Origin: Monocercomonoides exilis PA203
Lineage: Eukaryota > Protista > Preaxostyla
Length of the DNA stretch: 64,000 nucleotides
Direction of reading: 5' to 3'
Assembly: GCA_001643675.2 (NCBI GenBank)
Contig: LSRY02000042.1
Coordinates: 744,001 to 808,000, forward strand
Position numbers and translations under genes: made by a program. Positions 38,100-52,200 of the stretch are shown here, piece after piece. Below the pieces are notes generated by a model. It saw only the letters and a program-made list of their open reading frames with translations. It had not been told where the DNA came from and did no database searches. The number at the start of each line of letters is the position of its first letter. Position 1 is the first letter of the stretch.

Positions 38100-41000
38100 T
38101 ACCATCAACAAGACAAAAATATTTCTTCGTCATTACCTCATCTAATTTTTCTTCTCCATCAACTACAAATTAAGCTCATGAAAAAAGATTCATTGCTGTC
38201 GTATCTTCAAAAAGAATATATTCATATGTATCAGACAATTTTCTTCTAATTATATTTTCTTCACCTTTCCGCTTTTAACTTGTTCATGTCCAATTGGAGC
38301 AAGGATCTCATCTTATTTCTCTTCAGATATGCCTTTTCCTCTCGATTCCTTTTCTTCCTCATTTCACTTTCCGCGATTCGATGTTGCTCCGTTGTTATGA
38401 AATCAATCGGAGGCTATTTCGGAAATAATTCACCCTAAAAATCCTATCTTGTCCTGTTCTTTATGTTTTTGGTGAATTCTTTCAGCTTCCAAATTAAAAA
38501 AGTCAGATTCAATCTTCTTCCTTTAATGAATGTCTTCTGATCGGTTACTCTGGATCAAAATTTCCCATTTCATTGCCGTGTTAGGTTGGTTGAAATTCCA
38601 TGAAAGAATATATAATTATCTGTGATTCTGAATGGGAATGAAAGACAAGGCCTGGAGTTGAATTAAACGGGAGTTGAATGAAAGTGAAAGAGACGAAGAT
38701 AGAACGGGCAGTGAAAGTGGAGAAAGCAAGCCAGGAGCTGCAGGAAAAGCCGAAAATAGGAGTTTTGCTTGGAATTGCAGTGAAGGAGATAAAGATGTTC
38801 TGAGAGAAGGAGAAGATTGTTGTTGGATGTACATAAAAATAAACGAATTGACAAGCGAAGAAGTGCAGTTAGAGAGAGGACTAAGAGCAATATTCATATT
38901 TGTAGCAAAATCTGCAGCTGAATCAAAAGGCGCAACCAAATTAAGATCAGAATATTTCTACATCAGATCCATCGCCATTGAATTCTGCGACGTGAAGAAA
39001 GATGCCAACTTTAAGAACGACAGCGACGAAAAGAGTTTCGACAGAGCATCTCTTCTCCCAGGCACGCCGTTATGACTGAATGTTCTAATCCCTTTCTCTT
39101 TCTGAAACAGCAGCGGTGATCCTTTCCCTGCTCCTTTCTTTCCCTTTCTGTGTGTTTCTTCTGTTTCCTCTTCGCAGTTCCGCCCGGCTTAGCTTTTGTC
39201 TGCTCTTCAGCGCACTCATCAGATCCAGCAGCTTTCTTATCTGCATCGCTTCAACTGCTGCATACACAGACACTTCCTGTAACTTCCACACAAATTGCCC
39301 GTTTTCCTCGCTTTTGATGCGAACATAACGGCAGGGCACGTCCAATTCATCGCTCAAATCTTCAAAGTCAGAATTCGCTAAATCATTCAACATGCAGTCC
39401 AATTTCCGCTCTCTTGTCAAACTTGGCGTTTGGCTTTCTTTCGCCTCTTGTGGCGCATCGCTTGCCATTTTGTTCTCTTTCTGGTTGATCTGTGTGCCTG
39501 TCCCAAGGTGTGATTGTAATATTTCTTGGATGCTGCTTTACAGATTTTTGTCTTTTACATCCATCTTCTTCGCCATTTTCTTTATTTTCCTGCGCTCTCA
39601 CTCTTCTTTCTCATTCCTCTTCTTCTGTATCTCCTGCTTTTTCATCAGCCGAAGAACTTTTGCTCTCTGATCATCAGATTCCAACGAATTAAACGTGATC
39701 TTCGCTTCTTCATCGTACACTTTCCCTTTTTCATTCTGAAACTCATCTTGCATTGCCTTTGTCACTTCTTTGTTCAAATCCTTCAACCCAATCACACCCA
39801 ACGTCACCCCTCCTCCTTCTTCTCCTCCAACAGCAAGTGATAGCGGAGTTGTCGGTGCACCAACAGCCCCTCTCCCCATCTCTATCTCTTGGCTGTACAC
39901 AATCAACGCTCTCCCTCCGACTTCTCTCCATCCGCCGCCCATTCGCTTCCCTCGTATAAAGCGTATCGTTCCAAAGTTTCCTCTTCCTGAAATTTATTGT
40001 TTAGGCTGTGGAGAAGATGATGGAGTTGGGATGGAATTGTTGCTGCTTTTGATGTTGTTTTTGCAGTGCTCGTGATGAAAGTGGATCTGTTTTGGCTCAT
40101 TGGAATGTATTTCGTCTTTTCTTCCGTTTCTTATAGGTTCTTTGGTGTTTGCATTCTTTTCTGCTTCCGTTTGATTATCTTTGTTTTTCAATCGACTGCT
40201 TTGCGGTTGTTTGTTGAACCCTCCAAAATCACTTCTTTTCCTCATCTTTTCCATCATATTCATCTCCTTCAACTTCTTCCTTGTTTCCATTTTCATTCAA
40301 AGAAGTTTTCTCTTCTTTCTCTTCTTTCTCATCTTTTTCACCATCCCCCTCATTTTTGAAGCACTCACATTAATTCCTGGTCTTTTTATCGACTTGTCAA
40401 TCAGCGCTGGAGAAAACAGCAGGTTTGGTTTGACCATCAAAAGCACCTCATTCACAACAGAATCACGTTGAAGCTCAAGCGCCTGGTAATACCTTCGCAT
40501 CAACCTCCGTTTCTCTCTCTGTTTGTGTCTCTTCGCTCTTCGCTCTTCTTCGTCGCTGATGATGGAGCTGTCAGAAAGGCATTCAGTTTCTTCATTTAAC
40601 TTCGGTTCCTTCAAAGAATCTCTTGTAACAAGCGCAAATTTCTCGTTTTCTTCTGATTTTGCTTTATATTCATTTTCATTGAAGCTATTATCCCTATCAC
40701 TTGCATGCTTCAATATCTTCCTCATCTTAATCAGTTCTCTGATCCTTCTCTCCTCTCTTCTCTCATTCATTGCTTCTCTCTCTCTTTCCTTCGCTCTCAC
40801 TCTTTCTATCTTCCTCTTCTCCAAATTCTCCGCATACCGCTCCACCATCCGAAACTCTGCAAACAGCGGCAGCGCCTCAAATGCATCTCGTGAAAGAACA
40901 AAATATTGTCTTTTCCTTCTTCTTCTCAACTGCTGCCTCATCCTCCTCATCTGCTGCTCTTCGCTTGTCAGAAATCTGTTTCTAGAAGAGCGAAGCAACG

Positions 41001-44000
41001 AGGAAGAAGAAGAAGAAGAACGTGAAGCACCAGAAGCAGCAGCCACTTGTGCACAGCGGTTGAGATAGCGTCGGCGGAGGAGAGGATGCATAGCTCTTAT
41101 GCGGCGAGCCATGGCAATCTTAGAGCGATTGGGTGGCTCGATGTGGAGAGAGAGGTCAGTTACTGCTGGAGAAGATGGAGAAGATGAAGAAGATGAAGAG
41201 GAAGATGAAGGAGAGAAAGATGGAGATAGCTGACAAAGAGAAAGAAAAGATTCATTGGCAATGAAGAAAGAGATGTTCCTGTTCCTGTGCCAATTCCAGC
41301 AATTGAATGAGTCAAAAAGGTTTGTGTTAAATCTTTATTGCATTTTCTCAGTCTTTGTCTTCGAGGCACATAAGATGGATTCAGATCGCATCTGACTGAA
41401 AAACGGACAATTCTCTGCTCAAAATGAGGCTGTTTGCAAGCGAACTGAATTTTCTTCGCAGAATGCCATCGCCATTGTTTAGCACTTGCTCAAAGAGGAA
41501 ATCGTCGATGAGATTGGTTGCATAGCCAGGAAAGCCAAATGTGTTGATGGTGTTGGAAGATGAGTAGTTTTCGAGTGTCAATGGATTGACTCCACATTCA
41601 TCGACTGCCTCATCTGTATCAAGAAGCTTCACCCAATCACCTAATAGTTTTAAATCAGGAAATTTCTCTCTTTTCTCTTTCTCTCTCTCTCTTTCAGTTT
41701 CTCCTTCCACATCTCCTTCTCTCTCTCCCTCATTGCTGTTATTCCTGTTATTCCTCTCACAACATTTCCTCTTTTTCTATTTCCATCTTTCCCATCATTC
41801 CCTTTCTCATACATTCCAGTGAAAATAGCCATAATTCTCTGCTCTTTGTTCGACGTCTGTTTGTTTCTCTGCCCCCATCTCAGTCTGTTTTGTCTCAATT
41901 GAAGTTTTCTTGTGCGAATGTTAGAAAATTCGTTGCCTTCATCAAAGAAAGGCGGAGGATAAGGAGAAAGATCAGGTGAAGTTGATTGAGAAAGAAGCTA
42001 TTGAGTGAGAAAAGAATGAGGGAGAGAAGGGATGTGTGAGTGAGAAGAGAGAGAAAGGAAAGAAGGAGAAAGGGAAGAAAGGGAAGACGATAAAGAAGAA
42101 GTGGAGATGGAAGGAGTTGATGGAGAACGAATAACAGAAGAGAAAGAAGAAGGTTTGAGGGACGTTTTGAAGCTAAGTTGTGGTTGTTGATTAAGATGCT
42201 GATGTTGATGATGACGAGAATGAGAAATGAATAAGAACATGAATAAGAAAAATCATAAGAAGAATGGGTGTGCGATACGTTAAATGATAAAACGCCCGTT
42301 GGATACAGATGATGAATAGAGGAAGAAGAAGGAGAAAAGAGTTGAGTGGCGAAATGGAAATTGAAAGAAGATGAAAGAGGAGAAAGAGAAGAGTATTTAA
42401 GAGATAATGAAGAAGGAATAAGGGAAGATCTGTTGGTTGAGAGAAGGAGGTGAATGAAAGGTGTATTAAATGAAAGAGAAGGATTAGGAGGATGAAAAGG
42501 ATGAGGAAAAGAAAGAGAAAGCAGAAGAAGAAATTGTATGATTTGATGTTGAAATATTTGATTATGAAGAAGAAGAAGAAGATGAATGAATGTCATGAAA
42601 TGATTAATTGTTAAAAATAAAAAAGATGAGTGTCAATTTACATCAACTGAGAAATTCATTGAAATTCACTTTTTCCATTTTTCATGTTCTTCTTGTTACA
42701 GTGTTCACCAAATTCATCATTAATTCTTCTTAATCTTCTTTCTATCGTTAATGCTAATAAGAAACATGCGACAATTCCTTTTTCCTCTTTTTGATTTCAT
42801 CTCTTAAGCTTTCAATTCCCCTTCTTTCACAAAAAATCATCTTTCCTCAAAAATAATTCTTCGCCAAAGCCCAATGCCAGGGATCTTCGAAATATCTCGC
42901 ATTTCATCTATCTGTATTTTTCTTCCCCACTTTTCTTTTTCTTCTTCAAAGCCATCTAATCCCTCACTCTTTCAGCAACCTGAATGAAAAAATTATAATC
43001 ACTTCAAAACAACAACAACAACAACAACAACAAACCTTCTAATCATTTTTATAGGCAATTTTCTATATTTTATTCCATTGACAAAGCTCATTTCCCTCCA
43101 ATAAAAATTCATTATTCCTTCCATTTTCAAATATTTCTTCATCTGATTCGCTAATCGTCCTTTCCAGAAGTCATTTTTCTATTAAATGCATCGATTTCTG
43201 GTTCTTCTGAAAAATGTGAAACTTATGTATTTTCTTCAATTTCATCTTTCTCATTGAAAAATATCCTTGTTTCTCGTCTGAAAATATCATCTCCAATTCC
43301 CTTCCCAATCCCTTCATCTTGGGCACTTTTCGTATGAATTCGCTCTCCCAACTTTATGGTCACCCTGCATAATGAGATATCCCGCTTTTATTCATTTTCA
43401 ATCTTTTCCGCCTGTTGCCCTGAAAGAAACACAAAAAATGTTAATAAGCAGATATTCATATAAAGAAAAATTAATAAAGACCAAACTGCCCTCGACTGTA
43501 TTTTGCCAAACAGCTTCATTTCCACAGCCATCATCATTCAAAATAAATCAATCTCTTCATTTCAGTCTCAGAATTGTTGAATACAGCATGGAATGCATCT
43601 CCACAAAATACATCGTTTATCTCGCTGAAGGGTCTTCTCAACCCATACACATTGTGATTGATGTGCAGAGGGGTTTTTTCTGTTTTTGGCATGATCATCT
43701 CCTTTAATAATATTCTCAGCCACCAAAAGAAGTATTTGAGGTTTATCTCATTAACACCTTGCACATGAGAGATATGGCGCATACAAGTGATGGAAGAATA
43801 TTTTTTGTGGCAGGGGATGGGAGTTGAGTATATTTTTGATTGTTAATATTTCGAGAGAGATTATTTGAATAAACAAAATTTGGAGACAGAGGGACGGGGA
43901 AGAGCAAGTGGAGATTTGGAGAAGATAATATAGAAAATATATAGAGAAGTGGCTGAGGATGATGAAAGAGGGCTTAATGTTGATTTGAGAAATGGATTTT

Positions 44001-44211
44001 GAAAAGAAAGAAAAGAGGACAATATTCGGTGAAAAGAAGAAAATTGTGAAATGTTTGATTGGAAGAGGGATATTTTTTGAGAGGAGAAGATTGTTTTATG
44101 GAAGAGAATGGGAAAGATGTAGAAAAGGAGGTGATTGATATTTTCTGATGATTTTGTGAGCTGAATGGAAGAGGGGAATGAAAAGGAAAAGAAATTGAGA
44201 AATATCTTCAT
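38100..44211 (-). pseudogene. long decayed gene(s) of unknown family
   Basis: Chain of same-strand ORF pieces (43534-43782, 41650-41898, 41381-41710, 40297-41112, 39598-39942, 39085-39468) separated by stops and frameshifts, with GTTTG..AG intron-like segments. Confidence 0.5.
42819..43534 (-). repeat. 716-bp inverted duplication, left copy (pairs with 54474-55189)
   Basis: Reverse complement of 54474-55189 with about 2 substitutions seen. ORF MRYPAFIHFQSF... occurs at 43372(+) and 54636(-). Confidence 0.95.
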
Positions 44212-44414
44212 TTTCTATTTTTGAGGTGAAAGGAGGGGAAGTCACAGAAAGAAGACAAATGATTAGTGGAAAACAAACATTATTGATTCACAAAAATCTG
44301 TTGCGATAGATTTTGTGATTGAGTTTTTCTGACCAATCAGAAGTTTAGATATCAAGCGAGATGTTTTGGCCAATCAACGACATCACGCAAAGTGTCCTCA
44401 TCATTTATTTCAGA

Positions 44415-47400
44415 AATGTTATTTGAGTGGTTGCGCATTTCTCTATCACCACAAATATTCACATTTTTTCACTTGAACTTCGTCTTCGTCTTCGTCTTCT
44501 TCTGATAATCCTCCTTCATTCAATCGATCATCTTCCTCATTTTTCGGTTTACGAACACAAAATTCGCCTTCTCACTATTCACCTATTTATTCAGCGACAA
44601 GCACACCTGATATGAACTGCATAGCCAAAAACACACAAAATCTTCTTCGGTCTATTATTGCAACTTCTTCTTCTTCTTCTTTTTCTTCCCATCCTCCTTT
44701 TTCTTTATTCTCTTCATAATCATCACTTTCGATGTTTTCTGTTGGATTTCAGGTTATGCCTTTGAACGGCTTTCCTATTCAACAGCGGTTCATATCACTC
44801 TGCTAAAGGAGCTCGTTCTTCTTCAGTACACAAGCTCCAGTGAATGAGGTGAACGGAAATGAGAAGAGAAATGGTGGTAGGAAGGGGAAGGGGCTGCCAG
44901 AACATTGCAATAATCCACTCACTTTATGACACCGCCAAGGAGCTAAGAGCGAGGAGTGCGCTATCAAATGAAAGAGGCAAAGAGAGCGGAGAACAGTGCC
45001 AAATTGAGTGCAGAGGAGAGGAAAGGGAGGCAGCAGGAAGAGCCAAAGGCGAAGACGAAGAAGAAGGAGAAAGGCGAGTTTTGCGCGTACAAAATTGATG
45101 GTTTCGACACAAGGCTTGCACAGGCAGCAGCAGAAAGGAAGGTGCAGGTGTTGAGAAGTGAACAGCAGCAGATATCCTGCTCATTCGGCAGCACACTCTC
45201 ATCTACCCAGCTGCACACTCAAAACATCACAGCCTCCTCAACATTAGCAACTCCTCCTTTTTCTCTCTTGCCTCACACTGAATTGTTTGTCACTTCTTTT
45301 GTTGTGGGAAATCCACAAAAGCCATTCACTCCATCATCTCCCACCGCGGTATCCTCTTCGCTAAAACAGAAGACCTTCGACATGACTAGCCCAAGCTCTG
45401 CCTCTTTATCGAACATGTCTTCTTCCTCTTCTTTTCCTTTTCTTTTCCTCCTTCTCCTTCTTTCCATTCATTCCCCCGTTCTCTTTCACAAACTCATTCT
45501 TCTTCTCACTCTTCCTCTCCTTCTCCTTCTTTCTATCTCTCTTCTTCTCTTCATTCTTCTTCTCTTCATTCTTCTTCTCTTCATTCTTCTTCTCTTCATT
45601 CTTCTTCTTCATATTCAAAGGCTGATTATTCACAGATCACACAGCCGTCAACAATCAAACAACTTTCTCATCAATCCTCATTGAAAACACGCTCATTTCA
45701 ACAGACATTCTCTTTTTTAGCAGAAAACGAAGAAACTAATTGAAATGAAAGAAGAAAAAGAAAAAGAGGAAAGAGAAGAAAGAGAAGATAGAGAAGAAAA
45801 AGAAGAAAAAGAAGAATGAGAAGAAGAAGAAGAATGAGAAGAAGAAGATGATGACTTTGTGAATGATGAACGTGAAGAAGAAGAAGAAGAATATGAATTG
45901 GATGAAGAAGAGGATGATGAAGAAGAATACGATGAATATGAAGAAATTAATGAGGAGGAAGAAGAGGAAGAGGAAGAGGAAGAAGATGATGATGAATAAG
46001 TATTTGATGTTGAATGTGTCTTCATTGAATAAGGAGGAGGAGGAGGTGGCGGTGAACGAGTGGCAGAAGTAATTTTGGAAGAGCCTTTGGAATGGGAAGA
46101 GGAATAACGTGGCTGAAATGGTGAATGACGATCAGATGCAGAGGAAGTGTTCTGTTTGAGGGGAGAAGAAGAAGGAAGTGAATGAGAAGGAGGAGGAGGG
46201 AGAGAAGAAAAGAAGACGAAGCAGGAGGAGGAGGAGGAGAAGAGGACAAATGAGAAAAATGTGAGGAACTTGCTGAGGTGTGTTCTGTTTGTTTGTTGAA
46301 TGAGGCAGGCGGAGGGTGGATGCGCGAAGATAAGGGAGAATGTGCCATGTCGAGTGCGAAACGAGGAGGAGGTGGGAAAGGATGAGAATCAGGGAAAGAT
46401 GGAGGAGAAGAGGATAGATGTGAATGCGAATAGGAAGAAAAAGAAGAAAAAGAAGAATGAGAAGAAAAAGAAGAATGAGAAGAAGAAGAAGAATGAGAAG
46501 AAGAAGAAGAATGAGAAGAAGAAGAAGAAGAAAGGGGAAGAGGAATATGTGAAGAAAAAGAATAAGAAAAATAAATTTGCCAAAAATCAGAGAATTTAAC
46601 TTTTTCTTCCAAGAAACATCACTCATTCTCTTCCAAAGAATTGGATGTTTTGTCAGATGCGAGCACAGCTGAATCTGCTTGTTCTATCACACACACCAAC
46701 TCCTCAGCCACAATCGCAGCCAATTATCATTCGTCTTCTCATCCGTCTTCTTCTTCAACTTCTACTTCTGTTTCTGAGTCATTTTCTGAATGGGCTATTG
46801 ATTCGGTCTCGTCCAGTGCTTGCTTGAACCCTTCTGTTAACTACATTCTCCTCTTTTCTTGATATATTGCATTATCTCATGATATTTCTGCTGCTATTGT
46901 TTCTTCATCTTCCTCATCTTCTTCTTCTTCCTTCGGTCACCTCTTCAATCACGCAGAACCGGATGATCTTCACTTCAAGGAAAGCGTTCGCCTTCCGATG
47001 TTTGCTGGTTTCAGTGTGCCAAATTTACGCTGCTCATGGAACTGTTGGAACTGTTAAAGGAGTTGAAAGAGAAGGGGTTTGTGAGGGAAGGTGAAATGTG
47101 CTGGGGTTGTTAAAATTGAAACTGGAGATGAATATGTGGTTGAAGAAGAGGGAGCTGGCTGAAAGGAGAAGATTACAAAGAAAAGAACGAAGCGAATTCG
47201 CAGAAAATGCTCAATAAGTTCTTTTTTCGTGTGAGAAATGATGAAGCAATGTAATGAAACTTTTATTAGGAAAACAATATATATAAAAGAAAACAACAAG
47301 GGCAACATTTTCAAATGGGGGATTTCGATGAAGTGGAGCAGAAAAGCAAGAAAGATGGGCAGCAGATGGAGAAGAAAGTTTGAAATTTGTTCATAAAAAT

Positions 47401-47500
47401 AAAAAGGAGAGAAAAGTGAGATTGACTCTATTGTGATCATCCATTATTGTTTCGCCTCCATTCTTTTAGTTGTTATAATAAGTCGTTGAACTGCTCAGCT
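44415..47500 (+). pseudogene. decayed low-complexity coding region
   Basis: Broken ORFs (44956-45684, 45863-46072, 46300-46599, 46641-46862) with GAA/TCT codon-like repeats and frequent stops. Confidence 0.4.
45541..45600. repeat. 15-bp tandem repeat (CTTCTTCTCTTCATT)x4
   Basis: Directly visible. Confidence 0.9.
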
Positions 47501-47707
47501 GTAGCAGGAAATTGGTGATGAAGTTTTACCTCAATGAAAACAAAACTCAATGCATGTTATTTGAAGAAATTTTATTTTGTACATTAAAATCCATCAACAT
47601 TATTCAATAAATTTAAATTTTCTTTATAAGTTTTTTTTCCAATTATGATATGACTATTTTCCTTTAAGAAGCTTCAGTATTTGTTTTTGGTTTATTTTTA
47701 TTAAACA

Positions 47708-47910
47708 TGATCAAAATTTTCTTTTTCACTAAAAACATAAAAAAAGGTATGTTTTTTTGTTCTTATGAATTTTACAAAAATATATGACAGCAATAAAAGC
47801 TAAATACTTGAAATAAATCAATAAAACTTTTTGATCAATATATACCACTATAGATTTTATTTTTACGTTTTTTGATCTTTTTTTATGATATCAAAAAAAA
47901 TCACCCATAT
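47708..47910 (+). repeat. dispersed repeat family C, second copy
   Basis: Inverted homolog of 37293-37487. Its last ~30 bp (TTTTATGATATCAAAAAAAATCACCCATAT) recur at 61279-61310. Confidence 0.75.
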
Positions 47911-48223
47911 TATTTAATACTTGTTTTTTTTTTAATAAATCAATAATAAATTCAGTTGTTTTGAAATTTTAACATTATTGTTGTGTATTATTGTTGATAA
48001 AAATTTTTTATGTTATGAAACCAGTTCTCTTTGCACAATGTTGGAAATGATTCGAAATAAAAGAATTGGTTCTTTGAAACAACAACAACAAACAAACAAA
48101 AAAACTGAAACACTTGAAAAATAAAACAAAACAAATAAAATCAATTTCAAAAAACTTTTAGAAGCATCAAACGATAAACAAAATAAACAATATCAACATC
48201 TTGTTCATTCAAGCAAACACATA

Positions 48224-48671
48224 CAGTCTAAACCGGATATAATCACATCGGTTTTTGCACATCTTTTTGTGACTATATCCGATTGTGATTATACACGATG
48301 ATGCTTTTCACAGAAAAAAATAAAAATTAATTATTAAAATAATAAAATTTTGGTTGATTTTTTTATTTTTGGAAATTCTACACAAATACACTTATTTCAC
48401 TTGCGTAATTAATTTTTATCATTAATACATATTATTTTGACTTATTTGAGCACATTTTTAAAATGCGAAAAATTGAGATTTTTGATCAAGAAATCGTTTT
48501 TTCAATGAAAAAAGCACCCATAATAATAGAAAATGTGATTATATATTTACAGCCCTGTGATAATATGCGATGGAAAATGAATGAAAAATTGGACAAAAAT
48601 GTCGGTGCGTGGAAAATGTGACTGTAAACGAATGTGATTGTATTCGACGTGATTATATCCGGATTTGACTG
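48224..48671 (+). mobile_element. 448-bp Tc1/mariner(pogo)-type MITE, family A, with TA target-site duplication
   Basis: TA|CAGTCTAAACCGGATATAATCAC ... GTGATTATATCCGGATTTGACTG|TA: 23-bp TIRs with 2 mismatches, CAGT termini, no ORF. A second copy lies at 34740-35174. Confidence 0.88.
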
Positions 48672-49148
48672 TACTTATACATTTTCAAATACATTCTCAC
48701 GAAATTCTCACTCATCATTATCAAATTACCAAATGTTCTGAACAATAAAAGATTCAATAAAAAGCATTACTATATCAACAAATTCATGGTATCTAAGTCA
48801 ATTCAAAACACAAAAGAATACAAACACTTCAAGTCCAAAAACAAACTTGACTGTTTTTCTTTTGTTTTCCATCCACTCCACCCTTTCTGATATTTCTCTA
48901 ACTTTGACTCAAAAAGATTAAATTCAACAGAGAAAAAAGGCAGACACAGTGACAAAACATCACTTCACACTCTCAATAACTCTCCCTTCCAAAAACCTCA
49001 CTCAAAGATCAATGAATTCCCTCACAACTCTCTCTATTAATGAATCTCGATAAATACAATAATTATAGGGACAATAACCAATTTTATTACAGGGACAATA
49101 TAGGGACAAAAACCACAAGAAAACAATCGGATTCTAACTATTGCGCAC

Positions 49149-49228
49149 CTGGGAGGCTGTTCGTCGTATCCAGGTCCGGATAAAGCAGCCCAGAGGCTGC
49201 AGTATGTAATACGAACAGTCATGTCCAG
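49149..49228 (+). other. GC-rich three-way-junction fold (candidate structured RNA or DNA element)
   Basis: Stems GGCTGTTCGT/ACGAACAGTC, TATCC/GGATA and GCAGCC/GGCTGC, plus CTGGG/TCCAG. No family recognised. Confidence 0.35.
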
Positions 49229-49275
49229 CACCCTTCCGATAGAATGCCAGCTAAGCATACACAACAACTAGTTTC

Positions 49276-52200
49276 TTAATTAGGGATACCATTAAAACAA
49301 TTTTGAGATTCATAAAAAGAAGAAGAGTCAAGAAGAAGCTCAAATCTCCTTGAAAGAAGATCTTGAGAAGATTGAGAAAGAAGAGAAGAGTTAGATGATG
49401 TGATATCAGAGTGAAATGACTTCCTTGTTCGTTGCACTTTTTCTTTCATTATCGAAGATTCGAGGGCAACCAGAGAGCGTTGAGGAAGATATCCAACAGC
49501 AGATGCACAGACAAATGATCCTTTGCGCTCAAAATACAAGTAGTCCTTCATGTGAGGGACTGACAGAGATGGCCATGAAATTTGCTGAGATGGTACATAT
49601 TCTTCAAAGTACCTCTCGTGAACAGATTTATTAGCAGTTGATGACGATGGAGAAGAACTTGTTGAGGATGATGTTGAGAAAATGTTTGATTGTGATGTCG
49701 AAGAAGCAGACGCCGATATGTTCATATTGTTGTCGAAGAAGTCGATCAAGTCATGAAGTGTTGTGATGTGTTCAGTCGAAAGATTGTTGTCGATTGTATT
49801 GACTAACGCACCAAATTCACTATCACAAATATTTTTTCCATGATGCTCAGCGAAGAAATTGAGTTGAGTGTTTTTCTTTTTAAGGAGTTTCGATTGTTTG
49901 GAGAGGATGAAGTGAAGAAGGAAGCGATTTCGGTTGTGTGGACCAGAATCGCAGAAAAACTTAAAAGTGTGAGTGTCTGTGAAGAAGTGTCTTTTGATCA
50001 CAGATTCCAGACACTCAATAACAAATCTGTGATCATTTGAGAGGCAGTCGGAGAAGAAGTTGAATTTTCGTTTTATTTGTTGATTATTAATTTTTTGAAG
50101 AGAGATTATTGTGAATTGAGAAACCTGTTGATAATTGAAGAATTCTTGTTGAAGTTGATTTTTTCTGATGGGGAGTTTCCATTTCTCTTTGAAGTCAAAG
50201 ACAAAGACTGCTTCTCACTCTTTCAGGTTTTCGATAGTAGATTGATAATGTTTGCGTTGCATTTCTGCAACGAGTCGATGTTGACGAAGTAATTTAAGTG
50301 TATGAAACTCGGCAGAAGAAAGTCCATTTTTGTTTTGTGAAGATTTGAGTTTGTTTTCCAAATAGTTGAGTTTCTCGCACATGCCACAGAGATCTGTGCG
50401 CCTTTTTGCTTTGGAGAAGTTGGTTGTGAGTTGGTAAAAATGTGACAGAGAAACTTTGATGTTTGTTTCATCTGTAAACTCTTTCCATAATTTTGTCTTG
50501 GGCTTGAAGATTAATCTCTTTTCATTCGGAGAAAAGATGCCCGTTTTCTTTCTTCTTTCTTTCAGTGCTTCCAATATATTGTTAGTTGTTATTGATGAAG
50601 AAAGTTGTGGAATGGGAGTAGTTTGATATGGTGGTGTGATAAACGATGATGCTGATGATGATGCTGATGCTACTGCCGCCGCCGCCGCTGATGATGATGA
50701 AGAACCACCAAATTGAATAGTTGATAGTGTTTGATTTGTTTTTTCTTTGATATAGAATGTCAGCGAAGGAACGAAACCTTGTTCATAAAGATCTTTCCAT
50801 GATGAATTCCAGTTTTCTTTGTCCAATTCAAAGATATCAGAATCGTTGCAAATATTCCACAATGCCTCTCTTACTGCCTTCCTTTTCACAACTGCAATGT
50901 AATGCCCATTTTGTAGATCTAAACGCTTGAAAAGAATTTGTCCTGAAAGATGATAAATAATCGTTTCCTGATTATCTTTTTGAAGATGTTGAATTTTTTC
51001 TGTTGAAAACCCTTTGCAGAAAGTGCGCTGATTAACACGATCTGTTTCAATCAGAAGTGTTCTTGAAGGAGCAGAACGAGCAGCATCAGTGCATTCATGA
51101 CAGAGGGCTAGCACCTCTGGAAATGCAGCCATTTCCTCCCATCTCGCAGCACAGCATTTCTCTTTGCAATCGTTGCAATAGACAGCATTTTTTCCGTACA
51201 ATATCTCAGTAGAAAAGAGAGAAGATAGACCTTTATGAGGAGAGGATGAATTTATGATAACATTGTTACAAGATTCATTGAAATGATTAGAAACTTTTTG
51301 ACATTTTTGACATTTGTGATGAGTGATTAAAACAGGATTGAAGGTATCCTTATTTATCAACTCATCTTTTCGAAGAAGTTGGTGAAGATTGTTAAACGCC
51401 TCAGTCACATTTTGTTGCTGTCTGCGACCATTTCCACAAAAGTCTTCCCATTTGTTGATCAATGGTGGGACCCAGGAACGCACTGCCATTCTATCTTTAG
51501 CCAATTGTTGACAAACACTAATAACACGCGAAGATGTGTTCTTCATAGCTGTTTGTTTTTTGAAAAAAGATGGCTTTTGTGAAATGATAGAAGACATGCA
51601 TTGAAGAAGAGAGGCCATATAGCAAGTATTTCCTAAATTTTGCAAGCCGTTAACTGTTTTTGATGAAGAACTGGAATCTTTGTTAATGTTTGAAAACATC
51701 GATGAAGAAGGAGATTGAATTGCAGGAAGAACATCCATTGCGTTGCTGTTTGACATGGTTTGTGCAAAATTATCATGAAGCGATAAATCACTATCATCTG
51801 TTTGTGTATTATGTTGAGAAGATGAAGTGATGATTTCTTTTGAAAATGACAAAAGAAGATTTTGGAACGCTTGAGGAGGAATAAGAGTTGGTGAAGTGGC
51901 ATATTCAACTAATTGATCACTCACCCATACATCATTGTTGCTGAAGGAAGAAGTGTTTGTTGTTTCATTTTGTTGCTTTTTGGAAGATGAGGAAGATGAG
52001 GAAGATGAGGAAGAAGATGGTGTAGTCGTTTTTTGTCTGAAAAGTTTGTGAATTGGAATTGGTGAAGGAGACGAATGACGTTTATGCTGTGAATTATTTG
52101 TTTTTCTTTTTGTTGAACTCCTTTCTCTCATAATTGGAGTGCTGATTGGGGCATCAACATCTTGAGAAGATGAAGAATTTGTTGAAGAAGAATTTTTTTC

